Shown in pieces: positions 1 through 10,033 of a DNA stretch of 64,000 nt. The notes beneath the pieces were generated by a model, which saw only the letters and a list, made by a program, of their open reading frames with translations, searched no databases and was not told where the DNA came from. Source of the DNA: Selaginella moellendorffii (Eukaryota > Plantae > Lycopodiophyta); assembly GCF_000143415.4 (NCBI RefSeq), contig NW_003314267.1, positions 231,777 through 295,776 on the forward strand. Direction: 5' to 3'. Within the stretch, counting starts at the first letter, position 1. Every line of letters begins with the position of its first letter. Both the position numbers and the translations under genes were made by a program.

Positions 1-1193
1 AGCTTGTTGGTGGAATTCTTTACTCTGTACTGAGTTGCACTAGTCTGGAGATGCTGGATTTGAGTTTCAATACATTGAGTGGAAACATACCAGTGACACT
101 CTGCAACAAGCTTCCACGCCTCCGCCACCTTCTTGCATGGGTGAACAAACTTCAAGACACCATTCCATCCAGTCTTGCAATGTGCTCCAACTTGACCACA
201 ATAATCTTAAGTTACAACATGCTCGAAGGAGTCATTCCTCCAGAGCTCTCACGGCTTCAGAATTTGAATTGGCTATCTCTCAGCAGCAACAGGCTTATCG
301 GAAGCATTCCCTTGTCTTTCGAGGAGCTGAATCAAATCCAAACTCTGCAACTTAGCAATAACTCTTTACAAGGTGATATACCTTTGGGCTTGTCCAAGAA
401 CAAGAATCTGCTTATGGTGGACTTGAGTAACAACTATTTCTCTGGAAGAGTTCCTGCTCGTATTGGCCGAAACGTAACGAGAGAGCTAGTGTTTGGGAAG
501 AATTTTGTTACTGATACCGATTTGGGGAACTGCAAATTGTTGGAGGTTCGACAATCTCATTGCAAGATGGATAATATGTTGGAGATGCAAGGAATTCTTT
601 TAGAAGATTTGAAGAAGCGTTTAAACACTCTGGTTCATCCAGAGTGCTCCTGGACGATATTGCTATATGGTAGTCATTTCAAGATGGAGGTTTCAAGCGC
701 CATGGTGCTGGATTTGTCACACAACAATCTAAGCGGCCAGATCCTGGCAAGCATTGGTGACATGCGCAGTCTACTCAAGATGGATCTTTCTCATAACTTC
801 CTATCAGGCCCAATTCCAGAGTCCATGGGAAATCTTGATAACATCCAGACCTTGGATATTTCTGAGAACTCATTGAGCGGAACGATTCCAGGCTCTCTTA
901 CTTTGCTGAACACTCTCTTCAGCCTGAATGTTTCCTACAACAATCTATCAGGCTTGATTCCTCAGGGAGGCCAGCTTACAACTTTTCAAAGCAGCAGCTA
1001 TGAAGGCAATCCAGGATTGTATGGCTCTCCTCTTACTTACAATCACACGTCTTCAAGGAATTCCACCACAGCAGAGGAGAAGACCCAAGAGGTTGATGGA
1101 AGGGACGAGGAACTTCTAGCTGGAGCTTTGCTATTTGTCATATCTTTTGTAGTAGCTACAATCATAGTGACATTCAAACTAAAATTTAAATAA
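1..1193 (+). CDS. LRR receptor-like protein (5'-truncated by window edge): LRRs, BRI1/BRL-like island domain, TM helix, short basic tail, no kinase
   Basis: Frame is open from base 3. Plant LRR repeats (LxxLDLSxNxLSGxIP); island HCKMDNMLEMQGILLEDLKKR...C...LYG; C-cap GGQLTTFQSSSYEGNPGLYG; TM LLAGALLFVISFVVATIIVTF; stop TAA at 1191-1193. Confidence 0.92.
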   Translation, partial: LVGGILYSVLSCTSLEMLDLSFNTLSGNIPVTLCNKLPRLRHLLAWVNKLQDTIPSSLAMCSNLTTIILSYNMLEGVIPPELSRLQNLNWLSLSSNRLIGSIPLSFEELNQIQTLQLSNNSLQGDIPLGLSKNKNLLMVDLSNNYFSGRVPARIGRNVTRELVFGKNFVTDTDLGNCKLLEVRQSHCKMDNMLEMQGILLEDLKKRLNTLVHPECSWTILLYGSHFKMEVSSAMVLDLSHNNLSGQILASIGDMRSLLKMDLSHNFLSGPIPESMGNLDNIQTLDISENSLSGTIPGSLTLLNTLFSLNVSYNNLSGLIPQGGQLTTFQSSSYEGNPGLYGSPLTYNHTSSRNSTTAEEKTQEVDGRDEELLAGALLFVISFVVATIIVTFKLKFK

Positions 1194-1200
1194 TGCATGA

Positions 1201-1224
1201 AAGCTCTATTTCGTTAAAGTGGGA
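1201..1224 (+). repeat. Left TIR of copy 1
   Basis: Exact reverse complement of 13768-13791; overlaps a local hairpin AAGTGGGA...TCCCACTT that ends at ~1242. Confidence 0.95.
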
Positions 1225-1642
1225 ATTGTCATTATCCCACTTGTAAAATAAGGTTTCCAAACCTTTATATAGTATATAAATATAACAAAATTCAATTGCA
1301 TTGAGGCACATGCCATTTTATTTTAAACAAGGAAATGTCTACTCAATCACTTCTCCTCCCCTTGCCACTGCTTCACCTCTCTCTTCTCCTTGTCATCGTC
1401 GTCCAATTTCTTTCCATCCTTTTAATATTGGCTCAGTTGCTCCGAGTCTAGGTGGAGCCCAAGTCCCCATTCAATCTTTACTTTCCCCTTATTAATAAAA
1501 CAACTTCGTAGACTTCCAATAACATGTTGTAACACTTCTAGTATAATGCAAATCCTCTCAAAGAATTGTCTTTTAATATTAATACAATGGCATGGAACCC
1601 CATGCCATAATAAGTTACATTTTTAAATAAATACATGCCATC

Positions 1643-2505
1643 TCAGACTGTTATTTTTTGCCTCCAACGCCTATACAATAATCTTGGAATTTCATCACTC
1701 TCCACACTATCAGGATTTAAACCCAGTAGTAATGCCATCTCTTCTCTAATACGTCCACGCTCATGTTCAGTGGTCGAAGAACCCATCCGGTTGAGCAGAT
1801 TATGGAGATGCGGATAGTGCTTGGCTAGACAATATACATGCCATAAATGATGACTGGTGTCTGTCTGATCAAATGGCTTCTGATATACCGTTCCATCTGC
1901 CATTTGGTTGATTTCTGCAGCCACCTCCTGGACTGGCCGGTTCTCTATCACCATCGCTCCAAGCCGTTTTGCAAGGTCCCCCAGAACATACGGTTTCTTC
2001 TCCCTAGTTTCCATACTGCAAGAGATGGGGTGCACTGCATATGTGTGCGTGTTCGCTGCAGTTTTAATCGGCGAGTCATCGATGATGAGGATTTCACTTG
2101 AGCTAGCAGTCCGGTTCATCACTACAGCCTCTGGCTTGACGAAGATGGGCTTGCTACCCCTCACATGGACCATAGTCAAGCAATCCTCCTGTGTTAGGAG
2201 AAAGTCAAATGGTAATATTACTCGCGTCTGATCGTGCATCATCTGTAGCAACGTTAATGCATTGTGGCACATCATGGATGTCCAAACTCCCAATTGCAAA
2301 TTGAACCCGGCCCTCTGTTTTAAGTGTCGCATGGTCATTATTAGATCCCGCAGTTTCTCCCGTGTGATTAATGTGAATCTGTCTCTTTTGACCAACTTGC
2401 GACCGCAGGCTTTGGAGGGTGCAATGACATTCGAGGACGAGCCACGCTCATGGGAGAAAAGGACACCGTTCAGATCAAAAACGATACAGTACCTTCGCCG
2501 TGACT
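1643..2505 (-). CDS. Terminal exon of cargo gene: FCP1/SCP/NIF-family HAD phosphatase-like domain
   Basis: Motif I IVFDLNGVL, motif II LGVWTS, F..L.TQEDC, KPIFVK, motif IV ILIIDDSPIK; typical of the DLNG-type FCP1-homology subfamily. Confidence 0.82.
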
Positions 2506-4489
2506 CTGAAATGAAATGTGTCAGCATAAAAAATGGTACAAGTCAATTTTACCATCTACAATATTAGCGAATGTTGCTCCCGATGGTCGTTGAGAGGGTT
2601 TTGGTCGAGGAAACGTGAAGGGCGGAAATACTCTCCTCTGCAATGTGGGGTCAATCGCATCTGATGGCGTGTGGGCACATGCCATTTCAGCTGTAGACTC
2701 TGGTACAACTGGCTCAACAGTGGCATGGGGTGGTTCCGATGGCGTGTGATCACACGCCATTTCAGCTGGTGCCTCCGTTGGCAAAGTGGACATGACCGAA
2801 CAGGCAGCAAGGGCGGTGTAGGGAGGTTCCAACGGCGCGTAGTCAGACGATTGGGCACACGTTGAGTCCGTTGGAAATGAGGATACGACCGGCTCGGCGG
2901 CTGGGGCGGCCTCATGTGGGTCCAATGGCGCCTGGTCACCGTTAGTTGGATACGTGGACAAGATTGACTCAGTGGTATGGGCAGCATCAAGTGGAGCGTG
3001 GTCAGCTTGCTTGGCGTTGATATGGATAGTAGCCTCCACCAGCTCTGATGACTCTTGCAGCCAAGTAGAGTCCACTGGCGGATCCATATGCATGTCCAAA
3101 TATCTCCCTTCGATTGAGATGGTATCCTCCCGTGCTACTAAAAACAAACTCATTAGCACATTGTATCGACTATACTGTATTTACCATCAACTGCTATTGA
3201 GGAACTAGGACCGATATCACTTGGGCGCACTGCTGATTCTGAAGGATTGGACATACGTTTTGACCCTTGCTTGGCACTATCCTTCCTCGACACTAAAGGC
3301 TAGAGTTTGTAAATTCAACTGAATAATCTCTACTTACCATTTGCTCTGCGACCTACATGGACAATGTTAGAAATGGTAAAAGGTTAGGAATGGATGTACT
3401 ATTATTTACCTGATGGTTTGTCTTGTATGACCTTCCTCCGTTGCTCTTTGGCCACCTCAGGCTGGCCATCATCGTCATCATCGTCGTTGTCGTTATTGTG
3501 ATCGTCACCATTGTGAGGACCATCCAAGTCCTCTTCGTCCTCCTCTTCTTCGTCCTCCTCTTCTTTGTCCTCCTCTTCGTCCTTCTGCTCTTCCTGCTCA
3601 TTATCTTTCTCTGGCTCCTCATCCCCCTCCTGCATTTCTTCCATAGGCTGCTCAGGCTGGATGGCTTGTTCTTCCAGGACCATCTTGGGAAAATCATCTG
3701 GCCGAGTCTCCATCTCAAAATACAAGACATCCATAGCCTGTTTTAGTGCGTCACCTAGGACCGTATCCTCACCCGACTGTCTTAACATGGTTTCTGCACG
3801 TTCTTGCACCCTTCGAAGACGACGAGATGAGAAAAACGTGGCCCTGACTTGAAAAGCATCCCTCATCCATTGTACCTCTCCATTGAGATTGGGGAAGGGG
3901 AGTCCGCCATAGGAATCTGAGTCATGAGGTGGTGACTGCCTGCTTTCACTCAGCCCTTGATCTGCAATGAATGGCATGAGCACACACGCCATAACCGCGA
4001 GGCATTACCTATCATCTTTTCGTTGCCCTTCTTCCTTTTCAAATCAAACGCCTCTGATCTCGACGACTGTCCAACGTGCTTTCGCTTTTTATGACCACTG
4101 TCAGTTTGAGCTTGGCTGGTGCTTGCCTGTTTTGCCTTTGAAGAAGTTTCTCCTGCAAGGAATGGCATGAGACCACACGCCATTGCAAATATAATTTGTA
4201 CCTCCTTTTTTCCTATTGCTTGTCTGTTTGTCCTTCTTCGATGCGCCACCAGTGTGCTTTTCAGTCCTCGTGTCTGAATATTCACAACGATCTATAATCA
4301 AAATGGCATAAGGCCTCACGTGACCTTACCTTGTGCAGGTTGTGAGCTCGGCCCAACATGGGTATCTTCAACATTAGCTGTTAACGCCGTTTCAGCATCT
4401 GGGGGTGGCCACGCTCCTGCATACAGAGCTTGTGAGATAACATTTAAACTTAAAGTGTGTACTCACCAGGTTCACAGAGAAGATTTGTT

Positions 4490-5180
4490 TTTCTTTAGCA
4501 ACTTTAATTATATGCTCCATTGAAGTCACCTCTTCAATGGAGTTTGTCACCGCAACACACGGGACACTCTTGAGTAGTGCGGCTCGAAAGAATAGTCCGC
4601 CGCAGTTGTACTCGACAACGCATTTGCCCGGAAGCAGGTGACCCACCCGCTATTGCGTTGAAGACCCAGCTGAGCATTTCCCATGCTGCACCTGGAGCTT
4701 TCTTTGGATTCGAAAGCTCCATAGCTGTCTTCAGTTCCTCAGGCATGGGTAAATTGACCTCCCTCAGATCAATTCGATTGGCCTTGTCGAACGAAGCTGG
4801 GAAGTCACTCCAGTCCCACTCTGTTGCAGGACCAATAACAAGGGCGAGTGTGAAGATGCGGACATTCGTCGGTATCTTCTTCTTAGCCATTATCCCATGG
4901 ATCTCCCGCATCTCCTTGCCTTTCAACCGAGCCTTCACCTCGTTCAAGGCCTTCCAGAACTTGTGATAGGATTCGGAGTCGTAGATCATATAGTGGACTG
5001 AAGATTCCACCTCCGCAAGTCCCACCATTAAGTCAATGATGGAGCTGACTTCGTCTGCATGAGTGATTTCCTCGTTTGTGAAGTCCATCACACAAAAGAT
5101 GTTCTTGACCTGCTCATCTCCGCGGGAAACGATGCTCCTCCACCTTTGATCCTCATCCGAATTCAAGTATACCCGGTAAG
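4490..5180 (-). other. Degenerate beta-class DNA amino-methyltransferase-like domain of the cargo gene
   Basis: Using the copy-2 frame, KKAPG..WEMLSWVF...CVVEYNCGG.FFRAALLKGVPCVAV parallels KP..L...LI....VLDPFxGSG.T..AA...GR..IGIE. Upstream IFCVMDFT lies where the DPPY strand is expected. Catalytic motifs are not canonical. Confidence 0.45.
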
Positions 5181-5959
5181 GTTCTCGATAGGCCTCTGCT
5201 GCGGGGTCGAGCTGTTTCTGAAGCCGACGGTCGACATCAATCTTAATGAAATTTGGATACTGATCCAACTTCTCAGCTTTACTTTTCGTGGCATCCCGCA
5301 GCAGATCGATGAACTTGGGGGCCCCCTTCATGTACTCGTCGATGTCTTCATTTGACAACTCCAGCGCTTCCATCATCTCTTGCGTGGTGTCGGTGCTCAC
5401 CCTCTCCACGGCCACTTGCTCGAAGATCCAATCCTTCAATAGCGCACGAGCTCTCAGAGTCGTGCACAAGTCCTCGTATGTCACAATATGGCCGGGAGTC
5501 ATTTTGGTCTTGTTGAAGACTACCTCACCACGTAGAAGAGCATTAGCCACTGTCAGAAGGTCGTCGTCGTCTAGAGACCGCAAGAAACGCAAGGCATTGA
5601 GCTTCAAATCATTGGGCTTCCGGCCGTCCTCCACACCCATTGAGTTTGGCAACTCCCCGTCATGGTACCTCCTCAGCACATCTACCCATTTGTCAAAAAC
5701 AACTTTTGTGGCGAGTAGAATGTTATGGATGCTGAGTGTGTCATTGACCCCTAGTGTTTTCGAGAGAAGACTCGAGAATTCCTGCAATGGAAATGGCGTG
5801 AGGCCACATGCTATGCCACATGCAACGAGGCTTACCTGCCAGGCGCTAGTTGCTAGTGCACGTCCTTGTCCTGGTTTTTGTGGCTTCTTCAGTTGAACCC
5901 AGAGCTTCCGTGTTCGTGCCAATGTCTCGTGCAGACCCGATTTGTAGCACGTTTCTTGC

Positions 5960-6360
5960 TTGACATTCTGCGCGTGGGAGATGTATATGATAGATCGGAG
6001 GGGCGAGTTGCCTTTTATCAGGCGGACAACTCTTGTCTTGAAGACTTTCTTCACCTCCTCGCCCACCATAATATCCACAACTATCTCTTGCATCGCCAAG
6101 CTAGAATGCTGCCCGGAGACGGCATAGAACCGGATGTTCTAATCGTCCAACACCTTCCTATTGATCAAGTCTGGAAACCTCGTCTCGCCCTTCATTGTTC
6201 GGTAGTAGGGGATCACGTCTGCGATGTCGGGTGTTACTGGACTTGCCAGCATCTTCTGCTTCAGTTTCTCCACCCACTCATCAGATACTAGCCTATGGTT
6301 GTATTTGCTTTGGATGTCGATACGGCTCACGTCGATTGTATATACTTTGTTGGAATAGTA
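5960..6360 (-). other. ParB/sulfiredoxin-like domain of the cargo gene
   Basis: VYTIDVSRI...HRLVSDEWVEKLKQKM...ADVIP...FYAVSGQHSSLAMQEI...RVVRL matches the ParB-N pattern (R..d...v..L...; y.viDGxHRxxA). Continuous in copy 2, where CAG at 31426-31428 replaces the copy-1 stop. Confidence 0.6.
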
Positions 6361-7459
6361 ACAAGTACTATTATCTGCAACGATTTTTGCTGCCTCTTCT
6401 TGCTCTTTCTGCTCTTTGCGGCTCTTCTTTTTGGTGGGTGTAGTGTTTGAACCCGAGGCAATGGCATCACTGAGTAGCTTCTTTTTTGGAGCAGGAGAGT
6501 CGGACGTCGGCTTGAGCTTGACCACCCTTTTCTGCTTCGAGGTAGTTTCCAGATCGACCCCCTTCCCCTTTGCTTCGCGAACTGGAGTCACTCTCAACGG
6601 CTCAATATTGGAATATAGTTTTTGAACATCGCCGTAGGTGAGGTCCGTGGATTCCATGAGATCTTCATAGACCCGCAGCGTCTTTGAAATTGTGGGCCTC
6701 CTGGACAACCTCTCCCGAGCTCCCTCTAGGAATTCCTCATAGCCGCTACCCCCCTCCAGGAAGCCGCTAGGATGTGCAAGGTGGATCTTGAAGGCAGACG
6801 CTGTCTCTACCACAAGTGCCAGTCCATATTCTTGCATGGAACTGCATGGAGTGTCTGTCACTTGGATGAGGATCCCCATGCATTCTTTTCTCCCACCATC
6901 TGTGTTGTACAGCCTCAGATCCTCGCCTTCCATCCCGAAAGTCCAACTGGTGAGCTCCTCCCCCTTCTCTGCATCCACATTGACAGTGGCTGGAAGAAGA
7001 ACGCAATTCCTCGCCTGTTCAGAAATGCACAACAATTAGAGCTGACAGATGAAAAGCTAGTAGCTGGAAATAACGTGAGGCCACACGCCATTCACCACTG
7101 CATCAGATGTCTTGAGGCTGCATCCTAAGATGGCGTGAGGCTACACGCCATCTGTAACCGGACTGCACTCGAGAGCCCAATCGGTGCATGCCAATGTTGC
7201 TACTGAATGGCATGTGGCCTCATGCCATTTTCTACTTGGCCTAAAAGACTTACCATTTGAAGCCGAATGGAGGCGTGACAACCGGACTCGCTGGCGAATG
7301 TGCACTGTGTGTGCAGCGGATCGTAGCAGCAAGGCTACTCTGCCACTTACAGTTGGAGAGTGGCGCTGAAATCTCCCGGGACGCCAAGTGGGCTGCGTGT
7401 GGGTGGCGGAGTGGGCGGCGGAGTTGGCGGCGAAGTTACAAACTGGGTGTGTCTTGAAG

Positions 7460-7615
7460 TGGACGCCGATGCACACGAGCGCGATGCGAGCGCGAGTGTG
7501 ATGCAAGCGCGAGTGGACGCCGATGCACACGAGAAACCTGTAGAGAAGTGGGAGCGCGATGCGAGCGCGAGTGGGAGTGCAATGCGAGCGCGAGTGTGCG
7601 AGCGCGAGTACGAAG
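7460..7615. repeat. CG-rich tandem repeat (GATGCGAGCGCGAGTG-like units) upstream of the cargo gene
   Basis: Repeated GCGAGCGCGAGTG / GATGCACACGAG units; shorter version at ~32755-32900 in copy 2. Confidence 0.75.
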
Positions 7616-8509
7616 CAAAATGCAAAACCTAACCTCACACGCGCGAAATGTCACGACGGTTGGTAATCCCGCCACGTCATCATTTCTCGGACTTGGGCGC
7701 CACCATTAATTTCTGGATCGGCGCGCGCATGCGTGAAATCCAAAAGAAATCCGCAACGTCATCATTCCTCAGACTGCATGCACGCGAAATCCAAAAGAAA
7801 GATCATGATTGGGATATCATTTAATACCCTCGCTATATTTATACCATGCATGATTGGATATTCCAAAGCATCTTGTATTTCCAAAAATGCCAGATGTTCA
7901 GCTAAATAAATTGTCAGAGGATTTGATGTGACGTTCAAGCATGTGGGCTCATGCAATTTTGATCCCAAAAAATGCACCAAAAAATGCTCGGCGTCATCTG
8001 GCGTTATCTCTTGAATGGCGTGGGGCCGCATGCCATTTTTAGGAGCACATAGGAGTATATTCCTAGAATATTCTGACACACGCGAGATTGTTTTGAGTTT
8101 CCTGGAGATCCAACCGTTAGATCGCAACCAGATTTTACAAAATGGTATACAATGTCCTTGTTGATGACCCTGCAAAGAAGCATCTAGATCGGACACCACA
8201 TGAGACCACACGAGCCTTACAATGTTTCAGGGGCATTTGCCATAGATCCGACCGTTATTTTGCTCCAAGATTCTACAGTTTGGTGTGCATTGACCTTTCC
8301 ATCGACACTGCAAAGGGACATCACAATCAGATGCGGGATCACAAGAAACCAACTTCACTAACTCTGGTTTCACCAAGATCTACGTAAGGAATTATGAAAT
8401 GAAAGGACCCTCTCTATTGAAATGTGTTTATGGTCCTAGGGGCATTGTGACATATCAAAGGATTTTGCATCAAGTTCTGTATTTGCATGTTTATCAAGCT
8501 ACTGAATTG

Positions 8510-8541
8510 CTAAACCCTAAACCCTAAACCCTAACCCTAAA
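8510..8541 (+). repeat. Short telomere-like (CCCTAAA)n / telo-box tract inside the transposon
   Basis: CTAAACCCTAAACCCTAAACCCTAACCCTAAA; reduced in copy 2 (~33560-33582). Confidence 0.7.
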
Positions 8542-9299
8542 CATGTGGCAAATGCTGCGTGAAGAAAGATGCCCTTTCTGGGTAAATGCTGTAAGAGGCA
8601 GATGCCGAGCAGATGTATCTCAGGCTAGCGAAGGGGACAAACGAAAGCTAGCTATAAACATGACGGGATGCAAATAGATTACTAGGCTGGTCCTGCGAAA
8701 ATCAAAAACCATAATTGAAAACATTGAAAATGCAAAAAGAAAGGTTTATAATATTTTTGAATTTTAAGCAACCAAAGGAATGTAAGTAGGGCATCTGTTT
8801 GTAAGTTTAAAAATGCCTCAATCACTTAAATTCCCAAGTAAATAAAGCTGTTTCTATTTTTGGTACAGGTAAACTTTATAGCGTGTGGGCTCATGCAATT
8901 TTGAACCCAAAAATGCACCAAAAAATGCTCGACTAGCATTATTCTTTGAATGGCATGTGGCCTTATATTGCCATAAATGGACGTACACACACAGCATAAT
9001 TATTCCTTTACACGGCAAATAATCTTGGTGCGGATCGCTGACATGGCATGGCAAAGTTCGAATCACTGACATGGCACAGCTGGATCGAGGCAAGGACATG
9101 ATGTGACAAAGTTCAACCTCCGACAGCAAAGTCTAGAAGCTACTCCGTTTGAAATTTGTCAGAGGAATCATAAGATCTGGTTTGTCAGAGGATTTGATGT
9201 GACGTTCAAGCGTGTGTTATTTTTGAATTCTCGAACTCATTCCTAGGTCTATCATTTTTGTGCGCCGTGTTCTTGGTTCCGCTGAGCGCAGTGAGCGCT

Positions 9300-9475
9300 G
9301 CTTGTGTAAGCGGCGTTGTGAGCTATGGTTTATGCGTCTACAAGCGGTTGCGGCATTGCGAGCGCCATTGCGAGCGGCAGTTTATGCGAGTGGCAGTTTG
9401 TGCGAGCGGCACTACGAGCAGTTGCGGTGTTGCAAGCGGCGCTACGAGTAGTTGCGGTGTTGCGAGCGGCACTGT
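9300..9475. repeat. Tandem TTGCGAGCGGCA-like repeats upstream of the transposase
   Basis: Multiple TGCGAGCGGC units, including 30-bp ACTACGAG..GTTGCGGTGTTGC.AGCGGC repeats; one unit fewer in copy 2 (~33950-34090). Confidence 0.7.
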
Positions 9476-9662
9476 CTTTGGTGTGGCTACCGCTTCCTTT
9501 TGATATTCGGCACTTGTGCTTCCTGGTATGTTCACCATGGAATGGTTTAGGACCACATTTAGAAATGGCATGAGGCCACATGCCATCTTGGGCCCTTGCA
9601 ATTTCATGGCTAGCGTATTGTCATGTATGTTTTTACTTGCCTGCAACTGTGTGTATATCAAG

Positions 9663-9854
9663 ATGGCATGAGGCCTCATGCCATCTTTGGCCCCTACTAG
9701 CCTATTGCCATATTCCTTTTGCCTTGCTGCAACTGTATATATTTTTGTATGGGTGACTAGTCACACACACAAAAATATATACAGTTGCAGCAAGGCAAAA
9801 GGAATATAGCAACAGGCTAGCAGGGGCCAAAGATAGCGTGAGGTCTCATGCCAT
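9663..9854. repeat. 192-bp near-perfect loopless palindrome upstream of the transposase
   Basis: Centre GTGACT|AGTCAC at 9758/9759; arms pair out to 22-bp motifs at both ends; conserved at 34279-34470. Confidence 0.92.
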
Positions 9855-10033
9855 TAGTGGTACCACTAATGGCATGAGGGCTCATGCCAATTTTGTGAAT
9901 GCGAAATTTCACGTGGGTGTCAATAGCATGTTTGAATAATGGCATGTGGCCTCATGCTATTTGGTATGTTATGATTTAGGCCATTCTCCAATCATTTTTT
10001 GTATGGTCTTAACTTCTTTTCTGCACTTTCAGA

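Larger units (their letters stand above)
1643..7035 (-). pseudogene. Multi-exon cargo gene of copy 1 (ParB/Srx-like + degenerate N6A/N4C MTase-like + acidic/disordered linker + FCP1/NIF HAD-like), disrupted; 5' end uncertain
   Basis: Predicted exons (minus): ~7035-4467, 4416-4330, 4291-4202, 4152-4009, 3961-3410, 3352-3338, 3292-3185, 3137-2553, 2505-1643. They are joined by eight GT-AG phase-1 introns of 38-57 nt, and every internal exon length is a multiple of 3. Lesions relative to copy 2: TAG at 6139-6141, 8-bp deletion ~4629, 1-bp deletion ~4485. Confidence 0.8.

Noticed and set aside
2521-4646. Separate small genes (212, 196, 111 and 84 aa ORFs)
   Set aside because: Their predicted starts and ends lie within introns or result from frameshifts; they are exons of one gene.
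7141-7675. Overlapping ORFs in the CG-rich repeat
   Set aside because: Repeat-derived, and frames are not conserved between the two copies.
8510-8541. Chromosome end or healed telomere
   Set aside because: Only ~4 units, internal to the transposon and partly present in copy 2.
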